Position numbers and translations under genes: made by a program
Origin: Planctomycetia bacterium
GTDB taxonomy: Bacteria; Planctomycetota; Planctomycetia; Pirellulales; UBA1268
Reading direction: 5' to 3'
Assembly: GCA_037129475.1 (NCBI GenBank)
Contig: JBAXUY010000006.1
Coordinates: 1-58,805 of the forward strand
DNA: 58,805 nucleotides
Notes under the pieces: generated by a model
What the model was told of the DNA's origin: nothing
Database searches by the model: none
The model's input: only the letters and a program-made list of their open reading frames with translations
In this document: positions 31,695-44,100 of the stretch, in pieces
Layout of the letters: each line of letters opens with the position of its first letter
Numbering within the stretch: the stretch's first letter is position 1

Positions 31695-32249
31695 TCAGCC
31701 AAGCGAACGGCGGAGCCAGAGGCCGGCGGCGACGAACGCGATGCCGCTGGAGAGCAGGTTGATCCCAATGAGCACCCCGAGATAAACGCCCGCCTGTGTG
31801 GCCGGGCTCGTGAGCAGGATGCCCCCGAGGAGCGCCGTCACGATTCCGTCGAAGAGGATCCAGCCCCAGGGGAATCCCGGCGGCGCCGAGAAGGCGGCGG
31901 TGAGCTTCGCGGCCGCCTGGAAGAGAATCACGAGACCCAGGAATGTGACGAGGGCGTGGATGCCCTCGACGGGGATGGCGAGCATGGCCGTGCCGGCCAC
32001 GATCGAGAGCACGCCGCAGAGGAGCGTGAGCCAGAAGCCGCGCCAGGTCCACGTGGCGGCCGTCATGCCGAGCTGCGATACCCCGGCGGCGATGAGCGTG
32101 CCGGCGCAGACGTAGTCGATCACGGTCGATGCCGCCCACGGCGCAGCGAGCGCGAGGAGGCCAAGGATGGAAAGCACCGCTCCGAGCCCGAGCGTCCAGG
32201 TTGGGAGCGATGCGACAGCGTCGGCAGGAAGATTGGAGCGTGTCGTCAT
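31695..32249 (-). CDS. HdeD/DUF308 family membrane protein
   Basis: About six hydrophobic helices with the two-repeat pattern G.LSI..G..L..P. Confidence 0.8.
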   Translation of the reverse strand: MTTRSNLPADAVASLPTWTLGLGAVLSILGLLALAAPWAASTVIDYVCAGTLIAAGVSQLGMTAATWTWRGFWLTLLCGVLSIVAGTAMLAIPVEGIHALVTFLGLVILFQAAAKLTAAFSAPPGFPWGWILFDGIVTALLGGILLTSPATQAGVYLGVLIGINLLSSGIAFVAAGLWLRRSLG

Positions 32250-32274
32250 GGTCGTATTGTATCTCGTTCAGGCG

Positions 32275-32796
32275 TCAGGCGGCGCCGAGGCCTTCCATGC
32301 GGCGCCACGCGCTCGCCTGGCCGAGGTGCATCATCATGTGGCCGCCGCAGTAGAAGGCCTGCACCGAGCCGATCGTGGGGAAGAGTTCCTTCATCCGCCC
32401 CTCGGCGGGATTGGGCCGCTGGAAGACGTCGTCAGGCGTGCTGCGGAGAGCTCCCGTCACCATCCGGTGTCCTTCGTGGAAAAACGTGACGATCTCGTCC
32501 ATCGACGGATAGAGGTCGAGGTCGGGATCGTCGACACACTTCGCGTCCTTCGAAAACCGGATCTCGAAGTGCTCGGGCACCGGGGGGGCCGGGGAACCGA
32601 TTTGGTGCAGAATTTTCGGCGCGTAGAGGCTCAGGTGGCCGTAGACGAAGGCCGGGTGGTTCGACTCCACGGTCTGGCCGCCCACGACCGCGAACCGTGC
32701 GAACCGCTCGGCCGGCACGCCCTTCAGGAGCCGGTCGGCGTAGCCGAGCGAGAGCTGGAGTGAATCCGCGATCACGTTGCCGAGCGAGCGGGCCAT
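32275..32796 (-). CDS. DinB family protein
   Basis: Start ATG 32796 (GAGG RBS); NHPAFVYGHL and HMMMHLGQ metal-binding His pattern. Confidence 0.8.
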   Translation of the reverse strand: MARSLGNVIADSLQLSLGYADRLLKGVPAERFARFAVVGGQTVESNHPAFVYGHLSLYAPKILHQIGSPAPPVPEHFEIRFSKDAKCVDDPDLDLYPSMDEIVTFFHEGHRMVTGALRSTPDDVFQRPNPAEGRMKELFPTIGSVQAFYCGGHMMMHLGQASAWRRMEGLGAA

Positions 32797-32809
32797 GATG
32801 TGCCTCGTG

Positions 32810-33385
32810 TCAGGAAGGGATGAATTGGGCGATCGCCTCGGGGAGGGCGTGGCATTCGACGGCGAAGACGCGGGCGGCGAGCGATTCGGGCGTGTCGTCC
32901 GGCAGCACCGGCACGGTCTTCTGGAGCAGGATCCGACCGTGATCGTACTCGTTGTCCACGAGGTGCACCGTGCAGCCGGAAACGGTGCAGCCGCGGGCGA
33001 GCACGGCCCGATGCACGTGCATTCCGTGAAATCCCTGGCCACCGAAGGCGGGGAGCAGGGCAGGGTGGATGTTGATCACCCGGCCCGCGAAGTCGGCGGG
33101 AATCTCGACGAGCTTGAGAAAGCCCGCCATGACGACGAGATCGGCCTTGGCCGCCCGACAGGCGGCAAAAATCCCGGCACTCCAGGTGGCTGTCGATCGC
33201 GTCCCCTGCGGCAGCACGTGGGTGGAGACGGCCGCGCGGCGGCTGACCTCGACTCCGCGGACGTCGCCCCGGCTGGCGATCACGACCTCCACGGTGGCAG
33301 CGAGCCTGCCGTCAGCGATCCACTCGAGCAGGTTCTCGAGCGTGCGGCCGGACCCGGAGAGGAGAATGGCGAGGCGGAGTGGCAT
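32810..33385 (-). CDS. purN: Phosphoribosylglycinamide formyltransferase
   Basis: LLSGSGRTL, LVVMAGF, INIHPALLPAFGG, SGCTVH.V...YDHG.I. Confidence 0.95.
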   Translation of the reverse strand: MPLRLAILLSGSGRTLENLLEWIADGRLAATVEVVIASRGDVRGVEVSRRAAVSTHVLPQGTRSTATWSAGIFAACRAAKADLVVMAGFLKLVEIPADFAGRVINIHPALLPAFGGQGFHGMHVHRAVLARGCTVSGCTVHLVDNEYDHGRILLQKTVPVLPDDTPESLAARVFAVECHALPEAIAQFIPS

Positions 33386-33397
33386 GGGAGGATCGTT

Positions 33398-36300
33398 TTA
33401 CGACAGGCCTGGAGGCCTGTCGCTACGCGGTGCCGACGTGGATGGTGAGGGGGTGGCCGTCGAGGTCGAGCGACTCGCTCGTGGCGCCGGCGAGGGGGCC
33501 GACCTGGATTCGGTGCCAGGCACCGTTTTCAGGTGGATGGTGAGGGGGTGGCCGTCGAGGTCGAGCGACTCGCTCGTGGCGCCGGCGAGGGGGCCGAACG
33601 TCGCGGTCGTGGCGAGAGTCTCGCCCGCCACGTAGGCGAGGTGCGTTTCCAAAGCGGCATGCAGCTCGGCGGAAGAGGTTTCAAAGCCGAGCGTGATCCG
33701 GTCGGTGAAGTCGAGGTCGAGCGACTTCCGCTGCGACTGCACGGCGTGAACCACCTCACGGACGAGCCCCTCGGCGACGAGTTCGGGCGTGAGATCCTTC
33801 GAGATCACCACCACCGCGAGCGGGCTCTCGGCCGCCGCCCAGCCCTCCTTTGCCGTCGTGCGGATGAGGACGTCGTCGTTCTCGATCACCGCTGTGCCAC
33901 CGCCGGCGAGCGACAACGTGGCCTGCCCAGCGCGCGTGAGCGTCGCCAGCAGGGCTGCTGCATCGGCCTTGGCCAGAGCGTCGCGGGCCTTGGGGAGGTC
34001 CTTGCCGAGCTTGGGGCCGAGCTTCTTGAGGTCGGGCAACACACTCCGCGTGATGTAGCGGTCGGGCTCACGGCAGATTTCAAACTGCTTCACGTTGAGT
34101 TCGTCGCACACGAGGTCGGCGTGGGCCGCAAGCCAGTCGGCGTCGGCGGCGTCCGTGAGGATCACCTCCACCTTCGCGAGCGGCTGACGGACCTTGAGCT
34201 TTTCGGCGGCCCGGGCCGCGCGACCGAGCGACGAGACATCGCGCACGACCGCCATCCGGCGGACGAGATCACGATCGACGAGGCGTGCATCCCCTGCGGG
34301 ATAGTCGGTGAGATGCACGCTTTCGGGCACCGTGTCGCCGAACGAGGCGACGGCGAGGTTTTGCCAGATCGCCTCGGTCGTGAATGGCACGAACGGCGCG
34401 GCGAGCTTCGCCACGGTCACGAGCGTCTCGTAGAGCGTCCAGTAGGCGTCGAGCTTTTCCTGGTTCGTCTCCGATCCGCCGTCGGCCCGGCCCGATGCCC
34501 AGAACCGGTCGCGGCTGCGACGCACGAACCAGTTGCTCACCGCGTCGACGAGTGTCGACAGCCGTTGGGCTGCCGCGAAGTGATCGAAAGCATCCATGCG
34601 GTCGACGATGTCGGCAGCCGTCGCATGCAGTTCCGAGAGCATCCAGCGGTCGAGCTCGCTCCGCTCGGCCACAAGCGTCCAGCCCTTCGCCCGCATGAGA
34701 TCGGCATGGTCGAGGCTGCCCGGCGAGGCCAGCAACGCCGCCGGATCGAAGCCGTCGATTCGGGCGTAGATCGTGAAGAACGAATAGACATTCCAGAGCC
34801 TGAGCAAAAACTCGGGCACGCTCTCGCGGATCGCCCGTTCGCTGTAGCGGATGCTGTTCCAGGGCGGCTGCCCCGCGAGGAAGAACCAGCGCAGGGCGTC
34901 GGCGCCGTACGTGTCGAAGATGACCGCCGGCTCCTTGTAGTTGCGCTTGCTTTTGCTCATCTTCTGCCCGTCCTCGCCGAGCATGTGGCCGAGGACGATG
35001 CAGGTCTTGAACGGATGGGGGTAGGGCCGCGCGGTGTCGCTGGACCGTTCTCCAAACAGGAGCGTGCTGATCGCGAGCTGGCTGTAGAACCAGCCGCGGG
35101 TCTGATCGATCGCCTCGGAGATGAAGTCGGCCGGGAACTGGGCCTTGAACTCCGCATCGCCCGTGTGCGGCCAGCCCCACTGGGCGAACGGCATCGCGCC
35201 CGAGTCGAACCAGCAATCGATCACCTCGCTCACCCGCCGCATGCGTGCTTTCGGCGCGAACGGCGAGTCGTATGTGACGGCGTCGATGTAAGGCTTGTGC
35301 ACCTTGAGATCGTCGGAAAGATTCGGATTCGCCGCTTTCGCCTTGTCAAAAACGTCGGTGCCCTGCACACCCGGCTTTGCGAGGAGAGCCGCGTACGAAG
35401 GCACGGCCTCCATCTTCCCGGTTTGCTCGCACACCCAGATCGGCAGCGGCGTGCCCCAGTAGCGTTCGCGGGAGAGGGCCCAGTCGACATTCGTCTCGAG
35501 GAAGTTGCCGAACCGACCGTCCTTGATGTGCTCGGGCAGCCAGTTGATCCGGGAGTTGTTGGCGAGCATCGCGTCGCGAAACTGGCTCGTGCGGATGAAC
35601 CAGCTCTGCCGCGGATACTGGATGAGCGGGTCGTTGTCGGCCCGCCAGCAGAATGGATAGTCGTGGACGTATTGTTCCTGGTGCACGAGCAGGCCGCGGG
35701 CTTTGATGTCGCGGGTGATGTCGCGGTCGCAGTCCTTCACGAACCGGCCGCTGCCCATGCCGAAGGCGTCGGTGAACGTGCCGTCGGGGGCCACGCAGTT
35801 GATGAGAACGGGGCCTTTTCCCTGGGCGAACCGAGCCTGCTCCGCGATGAGCACCGTGTAGTCGACCTCGCCGAAGGCCGGTGCGATGTGGACGATGCCC
35901 GTGCCGGAGTCGGTCGTGACGAAGTCGGCTGCGACGACCCGCCAGGCGACGGGCGCTGTGCCACCAGCGGCGAGCGGAGCTGTCGCGGGCGGCCCGGAGG
36001 GGCGGAATGTATCGAAGGGCGGCAGATAGGAGCGGCCGACGAGAGCCGAGCCCTCGAGGCGATCGACGACCTCGAAATGTTTTTTCGTTTTCTCGCCGAG
36101 GGCGGCCGCGAGCGGCTCCGCGACGACGTATTCCGTCGCATCGGCGACTCCCACCTCGCGGAGGACGACGTAATCGAGGTCGAACTTCACCGCGGCGAAC
36201 TGGTTCGATGGCAGCGTCCAGGGCGTGGTCGTCCAGGCAACGAGACTCCGGTGCGTCGGCTGGCCCGCATCGTCGAGCAGCGGGAAGGCCACGTAGACGC

Positions 36301-36913
36301 TCGGGTCGGCCACCTGCTTGTAGCCTTGGCCGACCTCGCCGCTGGAGAGCGCCGTGCCACCCTGGGCCCACCACCACACGATCTTGTGGCCCTGATAGAG
36401 GAGGCCTTTGTCAAAAAGCGTCGCCAGCGCCCACCACACGCTCTCCACGAACGAACGGTGATACGTGACGTAGGCCTGGGAGAGGTCGATCCAGAACCCG
36501 ATCCGCTCGGTAAGCGTTTCCCACTCCTTCATGTAGCGCCAGACCGATTCCTGGCACTTGTGGATGAAGGGTTCGACGCCGTAGGCCTCGATCTCGGCCT
36601 TCGAATGGATGCCGAGTTCCTTGCACACCTCCACCTCGACGGGCAGACCGTGCGTGTCCCAGCCCGCTTTCCGCTCGCAGTATTCGCCGCGCATCGTGCG
36701 GTACCGCGGATAGAGATCCTTGATCGTGCGGGTCAGGCAGTGGCCCGGATGGGGCATCCCATTGGCCGTTGGCGGCCCTTCGAAGAACACGAACCGCTGT
36801 TTCCCCCGCCTGCGTTCGAGGGATTTTGCATAGGTACCCCGCTCGCGCCAGAGGGCTGCGATCGATTTCTCGAGGGCCGGAAAGTCGGGCTTGCCGCGAA
36901 CGGGGTCGAACAT
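33398..36913 (-). CDS. ileS: Isoleucine--tRNA ligase (IleRS2 type) with a frameshifted C-terminal extension
   Basis: [59 protein letters not shown]; start ATG 36913. Confidence 0.96.
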   Translation of the reverse strand: MFDPVRGKPDFPALEKSIAALWRERGTYAKSLERRRGKQRFVFFEGPPTANGMPHPGHCLTRTIKDLYPRYRTMRGEYCERKAGWDTHGLPVEVEVCKELGIHSKAEIEAYGVEPFIHKCQESVWRYMKEWETLTERIGFWIDLSQAYVTYHRSFVESVWWALATLFDKGLLYQGHKIVWWWAQGGTALSSGEVGQGYKQVADPSVYVAFPLLDDAGQPTHRSLVAWTTTPWTLPSNQFAAVKFDLDYVVLREVGVADATEYVVAEPLAAALGEKTKKHFEVVDRLEGSALVGRSYLPPFDTFRPSGPPATAPLAAGGTAPVAWRVVAADFVTTDSGTGIVHIAPAFGEVDYTVLIAEQARFAQGKGPVLINCVAPDGTFTDAFGMGSGRFVKDCDRDITRDIKARGLLVHQEQYVHDYPFCWRADNDPLIQYPRQSWFIRTSQFRDAMLANNSRINWLPEHIKDGRFGNFLETNVDWALSRERYWGTPLPIWVCEQTGKMEAVPSYAALLAKPGVQGTDVFDKAKAANPNLSDDLKVHKPYIDAVTYDSPFAPKARMRRVSEVIDCWFDSGAMPFAQWGWPHTGDAEFKAQFPADFISEAIDQTRGWFYSQLAISTLLFGERSSDTARPYPHPFKTCIVLGHMLGEDGQKMSKSKRNYKEPAVIFDTYGADALRWFFLAGQPPWNSIRYSERAIRESVPEFLLRLWNVYSFFTIYARIDGFDPAALLASPGSLDHADLMRAKGWTLVAERSELDRWMLSELHATAADIVDRMDAFDHFAAAQRLSTLVDAVSNWFVRRSRDRFWASGRADGGSETNQEKLDAYWTLYETLVTVAKLAAPFVPFTTEAIWQNLAVASFGDTVPESVHLTDYPAGDARLVDRDLVRRMAVVRDVSSLGRAARAAEKLKVRQPLAKVEVILTDAADADWLAAHADLVCDELNVKQFEICREPDRYITRSVLPDLKKLGPKLGKDLPKARDALAKADAAALLATLTRAGQATLSLAGGGTAVIENDDVLIRTTAKEGWAAAESPLAVVVISKDLTPELVAEGLVREVVHAVQSQRKSLDLDFTDRITLGFETSSAELHAALETHLAYVAGETLATTATFGPLAGATSESLDLDGHPLTIHLKTVPGTESRSAPSPAPRASRSTSTATPSPSTSAPRSDRPPGLS
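33401..33426 (-). repeat. GTAG-type REP-like hairpin; its TAG is the apparent ancestral ileS stop codon
   Basis: GTAG-CGACAGGCCT-CC-AGGCCTGTCG, a perfect 10-bp stem. Confidence 0.65.
33438..33597. repeat. Perfect 65-bp direct repeat of the ileS 3' end separated by a 30-bp palindromic spacer
   Basis: 33438-33502 is identical to 33533-33597; the spacer contains CGGTGCC-A-GGCACCG. Confidence 0.9.
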
Positions 36914-37013
36914 GCCCAAAATCGTACCGCGACGGGCACGGGCACTACAGGGGATGGCTTAGGCACCGAAGTTGATGGCCGTCGAGGCGTGCCGCATCAA
37001 CGATGCCTTCGAG

Positions 37014-37214
37014 TCATGGCGCAGTATGCGTTGGAGCGACCGGCGTATCGCGGGCCGCCCCGTCACCCTGCGCCCACGCCTTTTGAAACGCATCGATGGT
37101 GGCTTTTTCCTCCTCCGGGCTCAAGGGTTTTGCCAATTGCAACGTGGGTGTCGAGAAGCCGCAGCCAGAAGCTGCCAGAAGCAGCCAGACGCTCAAAAGC
37201 CAGACGTGGTTCAT
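37014..37214 (-). CDS. Small putative lipoprotein downstream of DUF1559
   Basis: [18 protein letters not shown] lipobox-like signal; start overlaps the DUF1559 stop; 66 aa. Confidence 0.6.
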   Translation of the reverse strand: MNHVWLLSVWLLLAASGCGFSTPTLQLAKPLSPEEEKATIDAFQKAWAQGDGAARDTPVAPTHTAP

Positions 37215-38143
37215 AGGTCGTTCATGGAAAACGTCTTGCCGTCGCGCCGCCCGCCGGCAGCCACGTAGGGTGTCGCGGACACGTTGAAACTCACGACCCG
37301 TACCGCTCCGTCCCCCATGACGAAGACCATGCCGCCGGGATGCGATGAACCAAACGTTCGGAACGACGTGGTGCTTCCGGTCGTGACGTCCGCCTGGGGC
37401 ATCCAGCTCGCGTTACAGACTCGCGTCGTGTCGAAATCTCCGGCGCCGGTGGCAACGTAAGGCTCGTTGTCGTTGGCACACAGTTCCGGGGGCAGAAACA
37501 TCGTTTTCTCACCGACGAGAAACGTATGCGACGTTCCGTCAGGCACGCCGCCGTCGAGCGAGACTCGAGCCACGCCCGTCGGGACGAACAGGCCGTCGAA
37601 TTGCGAGTATTTTGTCGGATCGTTGTAGATCGTGACCGTGCCGAACGTCCCCACGCAGCCTGCGTAGTCCGTGCGGGCACCGAGGCCGCCGACGCCATTC
37701 TGCACCCCCGCAGGCCGCCGCGATGGACAATAAAACTGTGGCACCGGCGTGCGGAAGATCATCAGGTCATTCGCATCGGGAAACCCTGTGAGGTCGGGGA
37801 GATCCCGAAGTATGCCGGCATCGAGAAAGGGCAAGATGAACCACGGCCAATCGTAGTCGCTGCGATCAGACGGGCCGCCGACGTACGACGCGCCGTTGGG
37901 CATGGTCACAGGGATGTCGGCCCCGTTTTTTCCAGCTCCCGGCAGACACCGAAAGGCTCCCTGGTGGAGGTGAAGCGCGAGCCCGATCTGCTTGAGGTTG
38001 TTGGAGCAACTGCTCCGACGGGCCGACTCCCGGGCCGCCTGGACTGCCGGCAGCAGCAGGGCGATGAGCAAGCCGATGATCGCGATCACCACCAGCAACT
38101 CGACGAGCGTAAACCCATCCCGGGAACGCCGTCGAAAACGCAT
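37211..38143 (-). CDS. DUF1559 family prepilin-type protein
   Basis: [34 protein letters not shown]; YCPSR; [12 protein letters not shown]; [14 protein letters not shown]; start ATG 38143. Confidence 0.92.
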   Translation of the reverse strand: MRFRRRSRDGFTLVELLVVIAIIGLLIALLLPAVQAARESARRSSCSNNLKQIGLALHLHQGAFRCLPGAGKNGADIPVTMPNGASYVGGPSDRSDYDWPWFILPFLDAGILRDLPDLTGFPDANDLMIFRTPVPQFYCPSRRPAGVQNGVGGLGARTDYAGCVGTFGTVTIYNDPTKYSQFDGLFVPTGVARVSLDGGVPDGTSHTFLVGEKTMFLPPELCANDNEPYVATGAGDFDTTRVCNASWMPQADVTTGSTTSFRTFGSSHPGGMVFVMGDGAVRVVSFNVSATPYVAAGGRRDGKTFSMNDL

Positions 38144-38165
38144 GGTACGTACTTCCGCGGAAGCC

Positions 38166-41100
38166 TCAGCGGGCGGCCCGACGCCGGACAGCTGCTGCAC
38201 AGGCCATCACCAGACCACTGATGGCAAGGACAACGACGCCTGGTTCGGGAACGATCACATACTCGATGACGAGATCTCCGCCGGCTGCTCCGACGCTGAA
38301 GGAGGCTCCTGAACGCTTCGATTCCAGCGTCGCGCCCGTCGAGTCTGTTCCGACCAAAAGGGTGTCGAACAGGCTGCCGGCCCATGAGCCCGATCCTGTC
38401 ACGTCCACGAACGTCCACGTGTGGCTTGCGTCCCAGAACGGATCGGTCCAGTCGACCGTCGAGGTCACGGCCGTGCCGAAATCAAGCTGGAGCGTCGCAC
38501 CGGCCTGGATGGAAAGGGCCCCGCCTGTGAGGTTGATGCCGTCGTAGAGCGACCCACGAGCGTTGGCAGCGTCGGTGTTGCTCCAGAGTTCCCAGACGGT
38601 GGTCGATGTGCCGTTGAGATCGATTCCGGCGGTCTGAGTGAGGACGCCGGGAGAGTTGCCCGGGGCGTAGATGCCGTTCACGACCGTCCGGCCGGCGATC
38701 GTTCCCGAGCCGCCCAGGCTGGCTCCCGACGCAACGGTCAGCGTGCCGCTTCCCAGGGCACCGTTGACCACGAGCCGGCCAGCGTCCACTGACGTTGCCC
38801 CCGAGTACGTGTTCGAGCCCGAGAGCGTCAGGCTACCGGTCCCAGCCTTGCGAAGCCCGCCGGCACCGGTGATTCCCACGGAGAGCGCTGTATCAAAACC
38901 ATTGGTGTCGATCCGACCGCCTCCAGAGCCAAGTTCGAATCGCACCGGAGCCGCCGCTCCAGAGGAGAGCGCCGCGATATTGTCGGTGAGTCGAACGGTT
39001 CCGCTCCCACTCACGAGTAGGCGTCCGTAGCCTGTGTTCGGCGTCGTCGTCTGCTCGAAGCCCCGCCTCGTTACAAGCGTGCCTCCAGCGATCTCGAGGG
39101 TCGCGGTTCCATTGTTCGACGGGGCCCCGTTTATTTGAATCGTCGAGGTCCCATCGTATGTCAACGTGGCTCCGGATCGAACGGACACCGTTGGTAGATA
39201 GTTGCCGCCAGAGCTCTGCACGGTGAACGAGCCGCTCTGAGTCCAGTTTGCACCCGCGTTCATCGTTACCGCCCCGCCGCGCCCCACGTAGAACGTACCG
39301 GCGTTCGAGCCACTGCCCTGTATGACCAGTGTTTGAATGGCCTGCGTCTGACCCAACGAGCTGCCGACCTGCAAGGACTTGCCCGCTGCGACAGCGATGG
39401 TAGAGCCGACGTCGAATGTCACAGTGCGCGCTACTGTTGAACTCGTGCCGATGAGCCAGCCGCCACTTGCCGCCGACTGGTCGCCCTGGACGAGGATGCT
39501 GCCAGTTCCCGTATCGGCCGTACTCACGCCAACCTGCGTGCCGCCCGTGTAGGAGTTGGAGCCGCTGATCGTCAACGGTCCGTTACCAAACTGGATGACG
39601 GAGCCCGTGCCACTGATCGCGTTTGCAAAAACGAACGCGTCTGAGCGGTTGAAGGACAGCGAGGCGTTGTTGACGATCGGGCCTGCCATGGAGCCCGCGG
39701 TGCCGCCATCGCCGAGAGCGAACCGGCCGCCGGAGAGCGTGGTCGGGCGGGTGGAGGTACTCGATCCCACGAATGTGAACGTACCGGAGCCGACTTTCGT
39801 CAGGGAACCGTTTCCGGAGAACACACCCGAGTAGCTTGTCGAGGTGTTGGCGGCACCGACCGTGAGCGACGAAGACACGAGGTCGATCGATGCCGCTCCG
39901 GCCAATGACCCGAAGGCCTCGTCGCCGCCGAGTACGAGGCCTGCGCCGCTCGAGCCGGTGACGGCCACCGTGGCAGCGGTAAACCGGCCGCCCGAGCCAA
40001 GCGTGACCGTACCGGTGTTCAGGTTCACCACCGTCGCATCGGAGGTGCCGTAGAGAGATGTGTTGCCCGTTACAGACAGCGTGTTGCCACCCAGATTTGC
40101 GGCCACACTGCCGCCGCCGAGCACATACGTAGCGGCCGTGAGTTTGCCCGTGCCGGCGAGCGACCCACTCGTGATCACAAAACTCGCCACTGAGTCGCTG
40201 TTGGCTGCCAGATCGAGGCCGCCATTCGTGATCGTAACGGCCGTCGTATCGGCGAGCAGGTTCGATGCCAAGAGGCCGAGCGTGCCCGCCTCGATGGTCG
40301 TAGGTCCCGAGTAGCTGTTCGTTCCACCCAGCGAGAGCCGGCCGCTGCCGAGTTTCGTCAGGCCGCCGCTGCCGCTTATACCGACGGAAAGGGTCGTGTC
40401 AAAGCCGTTCGTGTCAATCTTGCCGCCACCGGCGCCGAGTTCGAATCGAACCGAAGCCGCCGTGCCGGAGGAGAGCGCGGCGATGTTGTCTGTGAGCCGA
40501 AGCGTGCCGCTGCCACTCATGAGCACGCGGCCATACCCGGTGCTCGATGAGACGATCGTCTGCTCGAAGCCACGCCCTGTCACGAGCGTTCCTCCGGCCA
40601 CTTCGAGGGTTGCATAGCCTGATCCGTCCACGGCGCCATTCACCCGAATCGTGGAGGTGCCGGTGTACGTCAACGTGGCACCATTTTTTACCGACACGAG
40701 GGTTGCAGTATTGCCGCCTTGGCTTTGCACGGTGAACAAGCCGCTCTGATTCCAACTCGCACCCGAGTTCATCGTGAGCGTCCCGTTTCGCCCCACGTAG
40801 AGCGAACCCGCGTTCGTTCCGCTCCCTTGCATGACCAAAGCCTGAAGGGCCGCGGTCTGGGATGACGTGCTTCCGACTTGCATCGACTTGCCCGCGGCGA
40901 TGGCAATCGCTGAGCCAACGTCGAACGTGACGGTATGCACAACCGGCGAATTCGTGCCGATGAGCCAGCCGCCGTTCGCCGCCGACTGGTCGCCCTGGAC
41001 GACAATGCTTCCCGTCCCCGTCTCGGTCGAGGTTACGCCCACCTGCGTGCCGCCCGTGTGAGAATTTGCCCCGCTGATCGTCACGGCACCGTTGCCGAGC

Positions 41101-44100
41101 TGAACGACCGAGCCGGTGCCGCTGACGGCATTGGCGAAGACGAATGCGTCAGACCGGTTGAATGCCAGTGCACCGGCATTTGTGATCGAGCCGGCTACGG
41201 AGCCCGATGAACCGCCGTTACCGAGCGTCAGGCGACCGGCGCTGATCGTCGTGGTGCCGCCGTAGGTGTTGCCGCCGGCGAGTACCAGCGTGCCGGAGCC
41301 GAGTTTCGCAAGGCCAGCGGTGTTGGTGCTGTCGATGCCGCTGCCGAATGTGACGGTTTGGGAGCCGGTGTCGAGCGAGATGGCACTGCTGCTGCTCTTG
41401 ATAGCACTGGCGTAATCCTGTGTGTTGCTCGCGGAGAACTGGAGGGTGCCGCCCGCAAACGTGATGTTTCCGCCGCCCGCAAGGGCGCCGGCGTTGCCGA
41501 GCGCCAGAACACCGGCATTGATGCTCGTCGTGCCGGTGTAGGCGTTGGAGCCAGAAAGGGTGAGCGTGCCGGAGCCGAGCTTCGTAAGGCCGCCGATATT
41601 CGTGTTGTCGATGGTGCTGCCGAACGTGACGGGGCGGGCATTCGTGTCGATCACAATCGCACTCGCACTGCTCTTGATTCGGCCCGAATAGTCCTGCGTG
41701 TTGCCCGCGGAGAACTGCAGCGTGCCACCGCTGAACGTGATGGTTCCCCCGCCGGCCAGGGCGCTGGACGTTCCGAGGGCCAGAATGCCGGCGTTGACAC
41801 TCGTCACGCCTGTGTAGGTGTTGGAGCCGGAGAGTGTCAGCGTGCCGACGCCCAGTTTCGTGAGGCCGCCAGAGTTGGTGTTGTCGATGCTCGTCCCGAA
41901 CGTGACCGTCTGAGAGTTCGTGTCGAGCGCGATCGCGGCCCCGCTACTCTTGATCCGGCTCGAATAGTCCTGCGTGTTGCCCGCGGAGAACTGCAGCGTG
42001 CCGCCGCCGAACGCGATGTTTCCCCCGCCGGCCAGGGCGCTGGAGGTGCCGAGAGCGAGAATGCCGGCGCTGATGCTCGTCACGCCGGTGAATGTGTTGG
42101 AGCCGGAGAGTGTCAGCGTGCCGGTGCCCAGTTTCGTGAGGCCGCCGGTATTGGTGTTGTCGATCGTGCTCCCAAACGTGAAGCTCTGGGAGTTCGTATC
42201 GATCGCGATCGCACTTCCGCTGCTCTTGAGTCGTGCCGAGTAATCCTGCGAGTTATTTGCGGAAAACTGCAACGTTCCGCCGCCGAATGTGATGTTGCCG
42301 CCGCCAGCCAGGGCGTTCGCATCGCCAAGGGCGAGAACGCCCGCGTTGATGCTCGTCGCGCCTGTGTACGCATTGCCGGTTGCAAGCGTGAGCGTGCCGG
42401 CTCCCAGTTTCGCGAGGCCGCCGGTGTTGGTGCTGTCGAGGGCGCTTCCAAACGTCACGGGCTGGGAGTTCGTATCGATCGAGACCGCACTGCCGCTGCT
42501 CTTGATTCTCCCGGAGTAGTCCTGCGTATTGCTCGCGGAGAAGCGGAGGGAGCCACCGCTGAACGCGATGTTGCCGCCGCCGGCCAAGGCGCTCGATGTG
42601 CCGAGAGAGAGAATGCCGGCGTTGATGCTGGTTACGCCGGTATAGGAGTTTGATCCGGAGAGTGTGAGTACGTTCGGACCAAGCTTCACGAGGGCCAGCG
42701 AGCCATTCGATGTGTCGGCGATCGCCGTCGAGGAGGTGCGGTCGCCGGCCGACGTGTCGAAGCCGACTCGGGCGTTGGCGGCGAGATTCGTCGTGCCAAG
42801 GATCGTCGCGACGCTGCCATCGCTCACCGCGTTGCCGACGGCGAGTATCGCGCCGGAGGCTACCGAAAATCTGCCATTCGTGTTCCAGCCGGGGAGGGCA
42901 TCGGTGGAGGATATGGACAGTGCGCCCGTGCTTACCGTCGTGGTACCGGAGTAGGTGTTCGTGCCACTGAGAACGAGCGTGCCCGAGCCGGTCTTCGTGA
43001 TTGAGCGGCCGACACCAGACATGCCTCCGCTGATCGTGACCGAGCTGGCGTTGTTATTCACGATGACGGCCAGATCGCTGGCCAGCGTTAGCGGAACGCC
43101 AATGGTGTGGCTACCGGCCCCGTTGCTCGAATCGGTGATCTGGGTCGTGGCCGCAGTCGCAGCGTTGGTCATGAGGTTGGTCGTGTTGCGCGGGCTGGCG
43201 TCGAGCGTGAGGCCACTGCCGTTCGAGCTGCTGAGCGTGTACTGACGGGACGCACTCGAGAATTGAATCCCCTGGATCGTGAGGTTGTTCGCGAGATTCA
43301 CCGAATTCGCGCCGGCCGCGGAGGCCTGGTCGGCAAATCGGGCGATGAACGCGCTCGTATTGGCTGCCATCGCGGTCCAGTTGCCGGCCGTATTCCAGTC
43401 GGCGCTAGTTGCCCCCCTCCACTCGTTCGCCGTGCCGCTGCCGAGCGTCACGCCACCAGTGGAGGCGGTGTAGTCATAGGTGATCGCAAACGCCGTCAGG
43501 CCATCGGTCGCAATCACCTTGCCGCCGGCCACATTGTTTCCGGAGAACGTGCCGCTGTTGGTCGCCCCGGCGCCAGTGAACGTCATGATCTTGAACGTTT
43601 GGGCGCCTGTCGGCGCGAACGTCGTGCCGGCAGTCCCGTTGATCAGATTGACGAAGAGGTTGCCACCCAGCGTGTTCGTGCCCGTACCGTTGATCGCGAC
43701 AGTGCTGAACTTGCCGCTGTTTGCCGAGTCCTGGAACGCCGTGGATGCAGTGTTTCCGCTGATGTTCACTGCGAGCGCGCTATTCGCGTTACTGACGACG
43801 TAGTTGCCACTAATCGACGTTTTGCCAGAGACAGGCGTCGCCGTGATCGATGAGTTGCCGTAAGTGTCACTCGTAAACGACAGAGCATCGCCGCCGGGGG
43901 CGAGGATGCCCCCATAATTCACGAATGTGCCTACGTTGTCCGAGGAAGTCGCCTGATTTGACGTCGCGGTGGCGGTTCCGCTCGAACCGAGGTTGGTGGC
44001 GGTAATCGTGCCCACGGTGAGCGTGCCGCCCATGAAGTTGAAGTTGCTGACGCCATTACTGCCTGCAGCCGGCGCATTGCCTTGCAAGCTTCCAGCCACC

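Noticed and set aside
33438-33597. Repeat-spacer-repeat (65/30/65 bp) resembling a mini CRISPR array
   Set aside because: Only two repeats, too long, identical to ileS coding sequence, and no cas genes or leader
33533-37216. 1227-aa plus-strand ORF
   Set aside because: Antisense shadow of ileS caused by high-GC codon bias; no recognisable motifs
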